The notes beneath the pieces are model-generated. The model was not told the origin of the DNA, made no database searches, and worked only from the letters and a program-made list of their open reading frames with translations. Shown here one piece after another: positions 16,701-25,926 of a stretch of 53,958 nt of DNA; position 1 is the stretch's first letter; each line of letters opens with the position of its first letter. Source of the DNA: Candidatus Berkelbacteria bacterium (GTDB lineage: Bacteria; Patescibacteriota; UBA1384; JAPLVJ01); assembly GCA_026397155.1 (NCBI GenBank), contig JAPLVJ010000052.1, positions 1 to 53,958 of the forward strand. Reading direction: 5' to 3'. The position numbers were made by a program, and so were the translations under genes.

Positions 16701-19037
16701 ATTAGTGTAGGTTGCATCGCTGTCAATTGATATAGAATCACCCGTAGGTGCGGTAGTATCAACACCGAAATCTCGCTCCCCTTCTCCATTTCCACCATAA
16801 GAACCCCAACCAGAAGTATCCCCGGAATCATCGATTGTTTTAGCTTGCCAATGATACTGACTACCATTACTTAGAATCGGTGATGTAATTGTTACGTTGT
16901 TGATGCATGGATCCTCACAATAACTAGTAGATGTTCCAGAGGGTGAATCGGTAAATGTAGTACCAAGGAGCTGAACTTCAACTTGAAGCTTAACCTGATC
17001 TGCATCATCGGGATCAGACAAACTGCCGGAAAAAACAACCGACGTTTCATTTATCCAGCCTCCAACGGCAATTGGCGTAGTGTCGGTTTTTTTCTGGGCA
17101 AGTGCGGTTGGTGAATTGGGCGCCTGGTTGAAAAGCCAGCCGTTATTGTTGCCAGTATCTGTGCAGGTCGATGTCACCGGTGTTATTGTTCCTCCGCTAA
17201 CATTGAAATCCCTAACGTTAGCATAATTAACATTTGAAATATTCGATGGAATAGCAAAAGTATATCTGTCGCCTGCTAAGCCACCATCGGTTGTACTTTG
17301 ATAGGTAATTCGTTTAGTATCGTCAACACCAGAGAGAGACAATATTTTACCGGAAGAGATTGTTTGGGTAGTCCCGGCTGTCACCTTTACTATTTTTTCG
17401 CCGGCAGAGGAGTCAAAAGTCAAGTTATTGAAAGTAGTCGAACCAGAAATAATGGAAGCATCGACAGAATCAAAGGTTACCGTCTGGGTGTCTGGTGTCG
17501 TGCCGGCGGAAAAGCTTCCGCCTGAGACTCCCCAGTTTTTGGCCACATTAATATTTTTGCCATTGGCGTCAAAAGTGCCGTTTGAGTTGGTGAAATCACC
17601 GTCAATATTTATATTATTAGTCAATAATTGAAGAGTCCCCGCACCGGAATGAGTTAAATTATAGAATGTATTAGCAACGGCCACCCCACCGGAATTTAAT
17701 GTCTGCGTCGCTGATTTTGTAAAGTTAACTGTCCCGGTGCCGGCGGTAAAGGTACCGAAATTTAGCCAGTCGCCAGCCACTGTCATATTCTGATTATTAG
17801 CGTGCAGTGTAGTGAAGGCATCAATAATGAAATTCTGAATGGTTAGGGTATCCTGCAGATCAATGTGAGTAGAAGCGGTAGAAGTTTGAAAATCGCCTAA
17901 GTCCTCGCCGTCAGAGGTCAATGTCTTGGTGGCACCGCCATCCATTTTCACCAAGCTTCTTGTACCAGTTACGTCTTTGACAAAAGTGCCGCCGGGATTA
18001 ATTGTAAAGTTACCAGCGTCGGTAATAATTGTGCCGTCAGTTTCCACATCATCGGTGGTATCGAGTATGCCTGTAATTGAGATATTGCCATTAATGTCGA
18101 GCTCATATCCCTTTGTTAAAACGGTACCAGAGGAAGTAATGGAAAAATTGTTAGTGACTGGTGTATCTCTGGACAAACTCCAGCCGCCGGTGCCGGAAAA
18201 GGTGAGGTCGTTAGGCGCTACTCCTCCAAAATCTATGGTTTTTCCGCTTGTAGATGAGGTAAATTCCACAGTGGAGCCTTCAAAGTTGGTAGATGAATAA
18301 TAACCTGTTAGACTGCCATTGGGCATACTGAAATTGCCACCGACTTCTAAAGTCGCATAAGACGCATCCATGATAAAGTCAATCGTAACGTCACCGGAAA
18401 CTATCATGGGCATCCCATAGAGAGATAGCTCCCCTCCGTCATTGACTTTCAGAGAAGCAATAGTAGCACCAGATTCTGCATAGACGTAATCTCCACCAGC
18501 AATCACAACCGAATCTCCTGGTCCCGGGGAACCATCGCAGTCATTCCAGGTAGTGGAGTCAAGCCAGTTCATTTCTCCACCAAGACCGCTGGAGGTGCAG
18601 GTGTAGGCGGCTTTGGCCGGCTTATACGGTCCGCCGAAACTTCCAATCATTATAGAAACAAAAAGTAAAAGTAAATAAGTAGTCAAAATTCCCCAGTGCA
18701 ATTTCGAACAATGAGGATTCAAATGCCAATTATAGTACCATTTTGACTTCATTCGGAAATAATTGTGAACTGGATTTATTTTTGGAATAAATGTTTTTGT
18801 TGAATTCTGAATAGAAATCAATCTCTCATCAACTTCTTTAAGTTTCTCTAAATATTGTTCCCCTTCTTTGGCTAATTTATCAATCTCTTTTGCGTCTTTT
18901 GGTAAATATGCAGCTTTTTTCTCTGATTTATAAAAATTTTTCGCCTTTGGTGCAATATCTTTGCTTACTCTTGGCGATTCTAAATCAGAGGTTTTTTGCC
19001 TCTTCTTCTTTTCTCTCAATTTATCAAAAATCCCCAT
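13710..19037 (-). CDS. Giant (1775 aa) membrane-anchored surface protein. It has a cytoplasmic Lys-rich coiled-coil N-terminus, a TM anchor, a beta-helix-like region and multiple Ig-like/Fn3 repeats.
   Basis: This is a single uninterrupted ORF. The TM helix WGILTTYLLLLFVSIMIGSFGG covers aa 115-135. Residues ~140-640 are Gly/Thr/Asn-rich with recurring N-G-x-F/NFT strands, typical of a parallel beta-helix. The remainder consists of Fn3/Ig-like modules, including three ~94-aa repeats and two PAP-N-type Fn3 modules. Confidence 0.9.
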   Translation of the reverse strand: MGIFDKLREKKKRQKTSDLESPRVSKDIAPKAKNFYKSEKKAAYLPKDAKEIDKLAKEGEQYLEKLKEVDERLISIQNSTKTFIPKINPVHNYFRMKSKWYYNWHLNPHCSKLHWGILTTYLLLLFVSIMIGSFGGPYKPAKAAYTCTSSGLGGEMNWLDSTTWNDCDGSPGPGDSVVIAGGDYVYAESGATIASLKVNDGGELSLYGMPMIVSGDVTIDFIMDASYATLEVGGNFSMPNGSLTGYYSSTNFEGSTVEFTSSTSGKTIDFGGVAPNDLTFSGTGGWSLSRDTPVTNNFSITSSGTVLTKGYELDINGNISITGILDTTDDVETDGTIITDAGNFTINPGGTFVKDVTGTRSLVKMDGGATKTLTSDGEDLGDFQTSTASTHIDLQDTLTIQNFIIDAFTTLHANNQNMTVAGDWLNFGTFTAGTGTVNFTKSATQTLNSGGVAVANTFYNLTHSGAGTLQLLTNNINIDGDFTNSNGTFDANGKNINVAKNWGVSGGSFSAGTTPDTQTVTFDSVDASIISGSTTFNNLTFDSSAGEKIVKVTAGTTQTISSGKILSLSGVDDTKRITYQSTTDGGLAGDRYTFAIPSNISNVNYANVRDFNVSGGTITPVTSTCTDTGNNNGWLFNQAPNSPTALAQKKTDTTPIAVGGWINETSVVFSGSLSDPDDADQVKLQVEVQLLGTTFTDSPSGTSTSYCEDPCINNVTITSPILSNGSQYHWQAKTIDDSGDTSGWGSYGGNGEGERDFGVDTTAPTGDSISIDSDATYTNSIGATLTLTASDTGGSGLYQMAFSNDGSAYSDWENYNTTKSWNLTNGEGVKTVYAKFKDNANNESNPISDTITLDTIAPTGSISIASGQLYTDTTSVDLTLSASDIGGSGVYQMRLSNNGTDWLAFEAYSTSKSWDLTSEDGTKTVYVQYKDNATNTSSIYSDSIIYDGTPPGTTTPSATSPTNDTTPTWSWEAAVDTGGSEIEGYYVKIGTTSGGSQILSETSIGDVLNYTPTVLSQGTYYLSVKAKDNAGNSGNYTSSSALILDTTAPSGSVIINAGAAATASTSVNLTLSATDTGGAELSKMRFSNDNLTYSSWEDYGVGKTWILSDGDGTKSVYVQYNDTVGNVSTAYSDVIILDVTGPGDFSLYSPAANSWVNSTSVTFQWENASSLSGLTKYQLYIDDALSLDNISSSATSASVSGLSISSHTWYVKAFDNLGHTKSTTTRQFNIDLIPPTKVNNLVVNNLTNKDLNLTNNQTIELRWDAATDAGGAGVRSYLVYFGTSDSSADVVNGEETANTTFSRSLSRNGTYYVWVKARGTAGNIGESSSICSFRLDTEAPSRPGGLKVFDVSNRIAGVYETFIDFAASTDGLSGLKEYEIYRDGQKVGTTSDNYYVDQKLQEKTYSYQVKAYDNAGNVSGSDKVSVELVSKSSLKPNISDVRAIPSKVVSKDNKTTAIISWKTDRPTTSLVFYGLGGAKANQTDLDSKLNTGHTVILPDLKSSTTYHYSVMSKDIYGNQIESGDMTFTTVASLKQESVLDIILKTLQKSFEWIKKVIAAPVLDKLGLVKSPLQLSSSMAAFDVSSPEAKKYQVFVAVANKNTFSLQRSTDGKSFRDIANVTGKDYFIDRDLQNNQTYYYRVSGIDGTVSVHPAGIDSTPPLISDIKSKTLSIAKDKIEVLVSWQTDKLSKGEIEIEGKTIDLDGLNQTHTTTLSDLKPSQTYKYKVSSAVEEGGSSSSGEQTITTPGVPDEKSILQLILNTLQKALGSVARWFQT
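15624..15905 (-). repeat. Third copy of the ~94-aa repeat (aa 1045-1138)
   Basis: The copy reads DTTAPSGSVIINAG...LTLSATDTGGAELSKMRFSNDN...KTWILSDGDGTKSVYVQYNDTVGN. It is separated from copies 1-2 by an Fn3-like module. Confidence 0.75.
16200..16760 (-). repeat. Two tandem ~94-aa coding repeats within the giant surface protein (aa 760-946)
   Basis: The copies begin DTTAPTGDSISI...LTLTASDTGGSGLYQMAFSNDG...KSWNLTNGEGVKTVYAKFKDNANN and DTIAPTGSISI...LTLSASDIGGSGVYQMRLSNNG...KSWDLTSEDGTKTVYVQYKDNATN. They are diverged at the DNA level. Confidence 0.8.
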
Positions 19038-19063
19038 TACCCCTCTTTCTTAATTTTAACTGA

Positions 19064-20761
19064 TCAGAATTTGGTGTCAAGGCTTTTAATATCAACAATC
19101 TTTAACTGTAACTTTCTTTCTGAACGCCAATCATCAACATCAAGATAAAAAACAAGATCAATCAAATCCTGTGCCTTTAATTGCGGAAAATGCTCCACTC
19201 CTCCAAAAAATATTCCATCAAAACCTGATAATTTCATCTTAAGATGATTTGCTTGTTTTCCTACTTTTTTTATACTTTCAATTTTTACCTTTTTGGCTAA
19301 AAATACCGGTTTACGATTTTCAAATCCGCAGGGTTCAAATTTTTCCAGTTGTTCTTGTAAATCCCAATTAATTTCGGATAAATCAATAACTGCATCTATG
19401 TTTATTTTTGGTTTTAGATCATCGTCAGTTAATCTACTTTCGGCTAGCCTAATTAACTCCTTTTTAAGCAAATCAATCTTTTTATTTAAAACTGAAAAAC
19501 CAGCGGCACGTTTATGTCCTCCAAATTTAACTAAATAGTCGCTACACTGCGATAAAATATCAGTAATATGAAACGCATCAATACTTCTTGCAGAACCTTT
19601 TGCATGCTTTTCCCCCATGGATAAAACTAAAATCGGGCGAGAATATTCATCCTTTAATTTGCCAGCGATTAAGCCAACTATCCCACTCGGCCAATCTTTT
19701 CGGCTTAAGAGAATTAATTTGTTTTTGTCCAAATTCTTTTTTTTGATCTCTTGCTTTGCTTCGCTTAGTGCTTTCCTTAATATCTCTTGTCTTTCCTGAT
19801 TGTTTTTATCTAAAATTGCTGTTAGCTTTTTGGATCTTTGACGATTCTGGGTAATTAAAAGATAAAAAGCCGTATTGGCGTGATCCATTCGCCCAGGAGC
19901 ATTAAGCCGAGGGCCAATAATATAAGAAATAGAATATGCGTCGATATTACCTGGCTTCAGACCAACCTTTTGACAAAGATTCAAAAGCCCAATTTTCTTT
20001 GTTTTATTTAAGACAATAAGACCAAATTTTGCAAAAAGACGATTTTCTGAAACTAAAGGCACAATGTCACAAATTGTTCCCAAACCAACCAAATCAACCA
20101 TCCATTTAATGTACAATTCGGATAATTTTTGAGGAAAGATTTTAGATAAAGCATAGACTAATTTGTAAGCAACCCCGACTCCAGCTAATTCTTTGAACGG
20201 ATAGGAACAACCTTTCTGATTAGGATTTAAAATGTATTTTGTATTTGGCAATACCTTTGGTATTTCATGATGGTCAGTAATAATAACATCCATTTTTAAT
20301 TTTTTAGCCAACTCTACTTCTCTTGCCGAAGAAATACCACAATCAGCAGTCAAGATTAATTTGATTTTATCTTTCGCAAGCTTCTCAACTGCTTCTTTGG
20401 TCAGTCCGTATCCCTCTTCTCTATCTGGGATGTAAACTCTTGGAACAATGCCTAATTTTTTAAATACAAGATAAAAAAGAGCAGTTGAAGTTATACCATC
20501 AACATCAAAGTGTCCGAATATGGCTATTTTCTCTTTTTTATTAATTGTTTTTTTAAGCCGACCAGCCACTTCACGCATTCCTTTCATCAAAAAAGGATCA
20601 TAAAGATCCCTTCCCCAATCCGGATTAAGAAATTCCTCTATTTCCTTTTTAGTTCTGACACCGCGATTATACAAAAGTTGTAAAATTACTGGACTATGTT
20701 CAGGAAAACCTCTGATAAATTTTTGAGGTACTCGCTTTGGTAAAACCCAATGTTTTACCAT
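19064..20761 (-). CDS. recJ: Single-stranded-DNA-specific exonuclease RecJ
   Basis: DHH family motifs are present: GHFDVDGITS, TADCG, ITDHH and GGHKRAAG (DHHA1). The ATG at 20761 (MVKHWVL..) is preferred over the listed TTG at 20797, which overlaps ftsQ. The start is uncertain. Confidence 0.9.
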   Translation of the reverse strand: MVKHWVLPKRVPQKFIRGFPEHSPVILQLLYNRGVRTKKEIEEFLNPDWGRDLYDPFLMKGMREVAGRLKKTINKKEKIAIFGHFDVDGITSTALFYLVFKKLGIVPRVYIPDREEGYGLTKEAVEKLAKDKIKLILTADCGISSAREVELAKKLKMDVIITDHHEIPKVLPNTKYILNPNQKGCSYPFKELAGVGVAYKLVYALSKIFPQKLSELYIKWMVDLVGLGTICDIVPLVSENRLFAKFGLIVLNKTKKIGLLNLCQKVGLKPGNIDAYSISYIIGPRLNAPGRMDHANTAFYLLITQNRQRSKKLTAILDKNNQERQEILRKALSEAKQEIKKKNLDKNKLILLSRKDWPSGIVGLIAGKLKDEYSRPILVLSMGEKHAKGSARSIDAFHITDILSQCSDYLVKFGGHKRAAGFSVLNKKIDLLKKELIRLAESRLTDDDLKPKINIDAVIDLSEINWDLQEQLEKFEPCGFENRKPVFLAKKVKIESIKKVGKQANHLKMKLSGFDGIFFGGVEHFPQLKAQDLIDLVFYLDVDDWRSERKLQLKIVDIKSLDTKF

Positions 20762-20771
20762 ATAACATCTA

Positions 20772-21542
20772 TTATTTATAGTAAACTCTCCCTTCAATCC
20801 TTAAATCCATATATTCTTTAATCTCATCCTTCTTGACTTGGTATACTCTGACCATATTATCAAGTTGTTGATCTAAATTACCCTGAGTATCAAAAATAAC
20901 TTTAAAACCCTCTGTTTGTAAAATTAACTCAAAAGTTGTCTCTGCCGGAACGCTAATTTCCTTAATAGGAAGATTGGTTTTAGGACTAAATTTAAAATTC
21001 AAATCTTTAACAAAACTGATAAACGCTGGATTGACAATTTGTTTTCCTAATTCTATTGATGCGTTCTTTTGATCAACAACGCTTGGTAAAGAACTTTCGT
21101 TAATTTCCTTAATTGCAAAACCTTGCTGGTCTAAAAGATATTTTTTTCCTTGTGTTTGCCAAATAATACCTTCACTCTTTTGTACAATATTTATTTTAAG
21201 CGTGCCTAGCGGCAACTTGCTTATTGAAACCTGGCTAATCTCCCCGATTTTTAACAGATCGCCTCGCAACTTTTTACTGTCAAAAAGCCAAAGATTCTTG
21301 CCTTTAGCTGAATCTGATAATTTGACTATAGATTCGTTCGTTGGTCCTTTAACTAAAACATTTTTGATTAAAAAATATGGTGAAAAAAAAGCAAGATAAG
21401 CCAAGGCACCAATTATTAAAAGAAGTAAAATAAACTTAAATAGTCTATAGGGTGGTTTGACTTTTTTTCTATCCCTTGGGGTACTTAAATAAATCTGTGG
21501 AGATCGTCCAAAATACGGCCTAGGACTTCTTCTTAGCGCCAT
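20772..21542 (-). CDS. ftsQ: Cell division protein FtsQ/DivIB-like (POTRA)
   Basis: 256 aa with a basic N-terminus, a single TM (FKFILLLLIIGALAYLAFF) and POTRA-like and beta domains. Its position directly after ddl is canonical for dcw clusters. Confidence 0.75.
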   Translation of the reverse strand: MALRRSPRPYFGRSPQIYLSTPRDRKKVKPPYRLFKFILLLLIIGALAYLAFFSPYFLIKNVLVKGPTNESIVKLSDSAKGKNLWLFDSKKLRGDLLKIGEISQVSISKLPLGTLKINIVQKSEGIIWQTQGKKYLLDQQGFAIKEINESSLPSVVDQKNASIELGKQIVNPAFISFVKDLNFKFSPKTNLPIKEISVPAETTFELILQTEGFKVIFDTQGNLDQQLDNMVRVYQVKKDEIKEYMDLRIEGRVYYK

Positions 21543-22476
21543 GCTCCTCCAAAGCTATTTGAATCAATCTATCTATTAATTCTCCAAAGTTTATCCCAAT
21601 TGCCTTAGCTGCTTTTGGAATCAAACTTTCTTTTGTAATGCCTGGGATCGTATTAATCTCAAGAATAAATATCCTATTCTTATCCAAAATCATATCCACG
21701 CGCGTCACCCCTGAACAACCAAGAGTTTTGTGGGCTAAAGCAGCATATCTTTGAGCTAGCTTTGCTAATTTGTCAGGAATTCTAGCTGGTACAATCTCTT
21801 GAGTACTTCCATCATATTTAGCTTCATAGTCAAAAAACTTTGTTTTGGGAATAATTTCGACAACAGGCAGTACACTAGAATTTTCTTTATTCCCTAATAC
21901 TCCTACTGTTAACTCGGTCCCATTAATATAATCTTCAACAATTATTGTATAATCATATTTAAAAGCTTCTTTAATACCTTTATCTAATTCTTTCCTGCTC
22001 TGACATATGCTAACACCCATCGATGAACCTTCTGTATTGGGTTTAACTACCAACTTTTTTTTATCTATTAAAGAGTAGAGTTGGCTTACTTCTGATTTGA
22101 AACTCTCATTCTTCTCTAATACTCGATAATCTGGAATTGGTATGCCAGCTTCTTTGAAAAGTTTCTTTTGCAGATTTTTGTCCATACCAAGTGCTGATGC
22201 CGAAACATTAGAATGCGTATATGGGATCTGCAACAACTCGAGTAACCCTTGTATTGCACCATCTTCTCCAAAACGGCCATGTAGAGCAGGTATGGCTACG
22301 TCTATTTTATCTTTATCTTTGAATAGTTTTCCTAAATCATTCTTAATATCATAGATAAAAATGCGATATTTTGATTGTTTCCTTAGAGCATTAATAATTT
22401 GCTTGCCTGACGCTAAGGAAATTTCTCTTTCTGAAGATATGCCGCCCATTAAGACAGCTATACTGATTTGTTTCAT
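21520..22476 (-). CDS. ddl: D-alanine--D-alanine ligase
   Basis: 318 aa with an ATP-grasp fold. The N-terminus reads VLMGGISSEREISL, and LEINTIPG lies near the C-terminus. Confidence 0.93.
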   Translation of the reverse strand: MKQISIAVLMGGISSEREISLASGKQIINALRKQSKYRIFIYDIKNDLGKLFKDKDKIDVAIPALHGRFGEDGAIQGLLELLQIPYTHSNVSASALGMDKNLQKKLFKEAGIPIPDYRVLEKNESFKSEVSQLYSLIDKKKLVVKPNTEGSSMGVSICQSRKELDKGIKEAFKYDYTIIVEDYINGTELTVGVLGNKENSSVLPVVEIIPKTKFFDYEAKYDGSTQEIVPARIPDKLAKLAQRYAALAHKTLGCSGVTRVDMILDKNRIFILEINTIPGITKESLIPKAAKAIGINFGELIDRLIQIALEEHGAKKKS

Positions 22477-22478
22477 CT

Positions 22479-23483
22479 TTAACTCCAGTCTCCAACATAT
22501 TCAACTTCTTCTTGAAGCATAATACCAAACTTATCATAAACTTTTTGCTTCAATTGACCGGCCAATTTTCTAATTTCTGCTGCTTTAGCTTTACCCCTGT
22601 GATTAACTATAAAATTGGCATGTTTTTTTGAAACCCTGGCAGCTTTAATCTTCATTTTTTTCGCGCCAGACTGCTCCAATAACCAACCAGCCGGAATGTG
22701 ACCTGTTTTTTCAATTGCCTCTACTAAATCAGGATTTTTTTCCCCAAACATATCAAGGTATTTTTTTGCCCACTGCTTACTAACCTCTGGGTTTTTAAAA
22801 AAGCTTCCGGCAGAGTTTTCTATTGGTTGTTTTGACTCACGAATTCTCTGAAAATGCTGAACTTTCCTTAATATTTCTTCTTTTCGGTTTGTTGCCAATT
22901 GAAATTTAACAGAAAGAACAACAGGCCGCGGGTTAAGATGTCTTAACTTAGAATCGCGATATTCAAACATAAGCCACTTTTTTGTTACTCTTTCAGCTTT
23001 CCCGTTCGGAAAAAGTAAAGTAGCCGAGATAACAAAATCACCAATCGCTCCGCCAAAAGTCCCCGCATTTGAAACTACTGATCCCCCAACCGTACCTGGT
23101 ATACCATATAAAAAATCCAAACCCCCCATATCATGCGAAGCAGCTTCTAGTATTAATCTAGAAAGAGCAACGCCAGAATCAGTAATTACTTGAGATTTAT
23201 CCTTAATAAAAGATAAGTTTCTTGCTTCGTTCTTAATACATAACCCCGAAAATCCACCATCTCCAATAATTACATTACTGCCACTTCCCAAAACAATATA
23301 TGGAATACTAAACTTAAGACATGTCTCTATAGCTAAAATCAAGTTGGAGATCGACTTTGCTCGATAAAAATATTGAGCCGCTCCTCCAATCTTTAATGTT
23401 GAATGCTCGGCTAACGGTTCATTCTCTACTAATTCATCACCCAGAATTCTTTTTAATTTTTGTATAATGCTATCTTTTCCCAT
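22479..23483 (-). CDS. murB: UDP-N-acetylenolpyruvoylglucosamine reductase
   Basis: 334 aa with an FAD-binding PCMH-type N-terminal half (LKIGGAAQYF, GSGSNV) and a MurB C-terminal domain. Confidence 0.9.
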   Translation of the reverse strand: MGKDSIIQKLKRILGDELVENEPLAEHSTLKIGGAAQYFYRAKSISNLILAIETCLKFSIPYIVLGSGSNVIIGDGGFSGLCIKNEARNLSFIKDKSQVITDSGVALSRLILEAASHDMGGLDFLYGIPGTVGGSVVSNAGTFGGAIGDFVISATLLFPNGKAERVTKKWLMFEYRDSKLRHLNPRPVVLSVKFQLATNRKEEILRKVQHFQRIRESKQPIENSAGSFFKNPEVSKQWAKKYLDMFGEKNPDLVEAIEKTGHIPAGWLLEQSGAKKMKIKAARVSKKHANFIVNHRGKAKAAEIRKLAGQLKQKVYDKFGIMLQEEVEYVGDWS

Positions 23484-23486
23484 AAA

Positions 23487-24797
23487 TTATTCCTCACTTT
23501 GTAAATTTGCCAAAAGCTTTTCCCCTATTTCGTAAATTTTAGTCGCTCCCATGGTAATAATCAAGTCATTTTCTCTGATCTCTTTCTTTAAATAATCCAC
23601 AATCTGGTCTTCATTCTTGATCAAAACAACATTATTCTGTCCCTTCATTTTTATTTTTTTTACTAAATCTTCAATTAAATTGTCTTCTTGACCTGGTTTT
23701 CCAACAACTTCATCTCTACCTGGTACAGTATAAATATCAGCCATAACCAATAGATCGCAATTCCTAAAAGATTTTGCAAATTGATTAAAAAGCAACTTTG
23801 TTCTTGTATATTGATGTGGTTGATAAACACAAATAATTCTTTTCTTTGGATAAAATTCTCGAGCACTAGCTAAAGTTGCTTCTATTTCGCTAGGATGATG
23901 TCCATAATCATCAACCACCAATATCTTATTTATCTCACCCTTGATTTCAAATCGGCGCTTTACTCCGATAAAGTTGTTCAAGGCTTTTTTTATCATTTGG
24001 TGATCAATGCCAATCTCGTGTGCTACTCTGGCAGCAGCAGTTGCATTCAACAGATTGTGCTTGCCAGGAATTTTTAAGTTCAAACCTGGCCATAGTTTTC
24101 TATTTGAAAAGGTTTTTACTTTACATTTTGCTGTCTTTGAAAGCCAGGGCGTGTTCGGATCTTGTTCCCAGAGTATAAGCAAACCCGAATTTGGAATTAA
24201 GCTGGTAAATTTTTTAAACGCCCTTCTAATTTCCGGCATCCCACCAGGATAGGTATCGAGATGTTCCTCCTCGATATTTGTAACTACCCCAATCTTTGGA
24301 TAAAAATCCAAAAATTGCCGTGCATACTCACATGCCTCTACCACAAAATATCTTCCTGTAGTCCAGTGAGCATTACCCAACTTTGGTAAAATTCCACCGA
24401 TCAAAAAACTGGGTTTCTTACCTGCTTCTTCTAAAATATGTGCAATCATAGCCGAAACAGTTGTTTTCCCATGCATACCAGCTACAGCAATCCCTTCTTT
24501 TTCCTGCATTAATCTCCCGATCATTTTCGAGCGGGAGATAACAGGAATTCCTAATTGTTTTGCTCTTTCAACCTCAATCCAAGCTTTTGATGTTGGTGTT
24601 ACAGCTGCAGAGATAATTAAAGCATCTAAATCTCTAGATACATGCTCTTTGTTATGACCTTGACTGGTTTTTATGCTTGAATTTTTGAACTCTGTGCTTT
24701 CTAAATCACAACCTGAAACTTGATGGCCTGAACTATCTAAAATCTTTGCCAAACCAGACATTGAAATACCATTAATACCAACGAGGTGATATCTCAT
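23487..24797 (-). CDS. murC: UDP-N-acetylmuramate--L-alanine ligase
   Basis: 436 aa with N-terminal HLVGINGISMSGLA, Mur ligase P-loop AGMHGKTT and DDYGHHPSEI. Confidence 0.93.
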   Translation of the reverse strand: MRYHLVGINGISMSGLAKILDSSGHQVSGCDLESTEFKNSSIKTSQGHNKEHVSRDLDALIISAAVTPTSKAWIEVERAKQLGIPVISRSKMIGRLMQEKEGIAVAGMHGKTTVSAMIAHILEEAGKKPSFLIGGILPKLGNAHWTTGRYFVVEACEYARQFLDFYPKIGVVTNIEEEHLDTYPGGMPEIRRAFKKFTSLIPNSGLLILWEQDPNTPWLSKTAKCKVKTFSNRKLWPGLNLKIPGKHNLLNATAAARVAHEIGIDHQMIKKALNNFIGVKRRFEIKGEINKILVVDDYGHHPSEIEATLASAREFYPKKRIICVYQPHQYTRTKLLFNQFAKSFRNCDLLVMADIYTVPGRDEVVGKPGQEDNLIEDLVKKIKMKGQNNVVLIKNEDQIVDYLKKEIRENDLIITMGATKIYEIGEKLLANLQSEE

Positions 24798-24808
24798 TTA
24801 AACTCTCC

Positions 24809-25915
24809 CTATGATCTTAATCTCATGATCTCGTCTACAACTAATGAAGCCGCCTTCGGACAACTTAGCTTACCAGCGTTCTTTCCTGTTCTTTTTAAAA
24901 GCTCTTTATTTTCTAGTAAATCTTTGATCTTTTGAAACAATAAGTTAGAAGATAATTCATCTTCGGTTAATACTACCGCTGCTTTATTTTTTTGAAAAAT
25001 TTCAGCATTCTTAGCTTGATGATTAGAAGCAGCTCCTTTAAGCGGAATAAGAATTGAGGGTTTAAAAACCGCGGCAATTTCAGCTAGAGTATTTGCGCCT
25101 GCTCTTGATATAATTAATTTCGCTTTTTGCATCATTTCGGGCATTTCATTTCCAGCAAACTTGACTGGCATATATCTATTTTTATGTTCACTTAAACTAT
25201 CCTTAGCCTTTAGAGCCTGATCATATCCCAAACTACCGGTCAAATGATAAACATTTGAAATCTTGACTAGTTCTGACAAAATTGAAAAAATAGTGCTATT
25301 TATTTTTTGAGCACCCTGAGATCCACCTGTAATTAAAATGTTCGGAATTTTGCCTTGTTTCTGACTATTTCTAATGTCTTTAAAAAACTCTTTTCGAATT
25401 GGATTACCAGTGTAAACAAGTTTTTTCTGTACAAGACCCTTATAATATTCCGGAGGGAAAGAAACGCAGACAACTTTAGCGACTCTGGCACAAATTTTGT
25501 TCGAAATGCCCATAACCACATCAGACTCGTGAACTATCAAAGGGATTCGACAGAACCAAGAAGCAAAAGCCACGGGTAAAGTGACATAACCCCCTTTTGC
25601 AACAATAATATCCGGTCGGTATCTGACTACTACGAAAAATGCCTGAAAAAAACCAATCAAAAGCAAAAATAAATCTCTAATATTTAATAATAAAGCAGGC
25701 AACCATTTTAACCAGTATCTTCTCCACTTTCCTGAATAAATGAAAATAGATGAAATATTGTGTTTTTTAACTACCTCTTCCTCAACCCCTCCTTTTGAAC
25801 CAATATACAGAGTATCTAGTCTTTCATTTTTCACCTTACTTTTCAATTCATCTAAAATAGACAACAGTGGATATACGTGACCAGCAGTTCCCCCTCCGGT
25901 CAAAAGAAGTCGCAT
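24809..25915 (-). CDS. murG: Undecaprenyldiphospho-muramoylpentapeptide beta-N-acetylglucosaminyltransferase
   Basis: 368 aa with the GT28 motif LTGGGTAGHVYP at the N-terminus and ITGGSQGA. It sits between ftsW and murC. Confidence 0.93.
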   Translation of the reverse strand: MRLLLTGGGTAGHVYPLLSILDELKSKVKNERLDTLYIGSKGGVEEEVVKKHNISSIFIYSGKWRRYWLKWLPALLLNIRDLFLLLIGFFQAFFVVVRYRPDIIVAKGGYVTLPVAFASWFCRIPLIVHESDVVMGISNKICARVAKVVCVSFPPEYYKGLVQKKLVYTGNPIRKEFFKDIRNSQKQGKIPNILITGGSQGAQKINSTIFSILSELVKISNVYHLTGSLGYDQALKAKDSLSEHKNRYMPVKFAGNEMPEMMQKAKLIISRAGANTLAEIAAVFKPSILIPLKGAASNHQAKNAEIFQKNKAAVVLTEDELSSNLLFQKIKDLLENKELLKRTGKNAGKLSCPKAASLVVDEIMRLRS

Positions 25916-25926
25916 ATATATACTCC

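Noticed and set aside
17298-18300. Plus-strand ORFs (75, 67 and 124 aa) antisense to the giant surface protein gene
   Set aside because: The Gly/Thr/Asn-rich sense strand yields long open antisense frames by chance. They have no start context or motifs.
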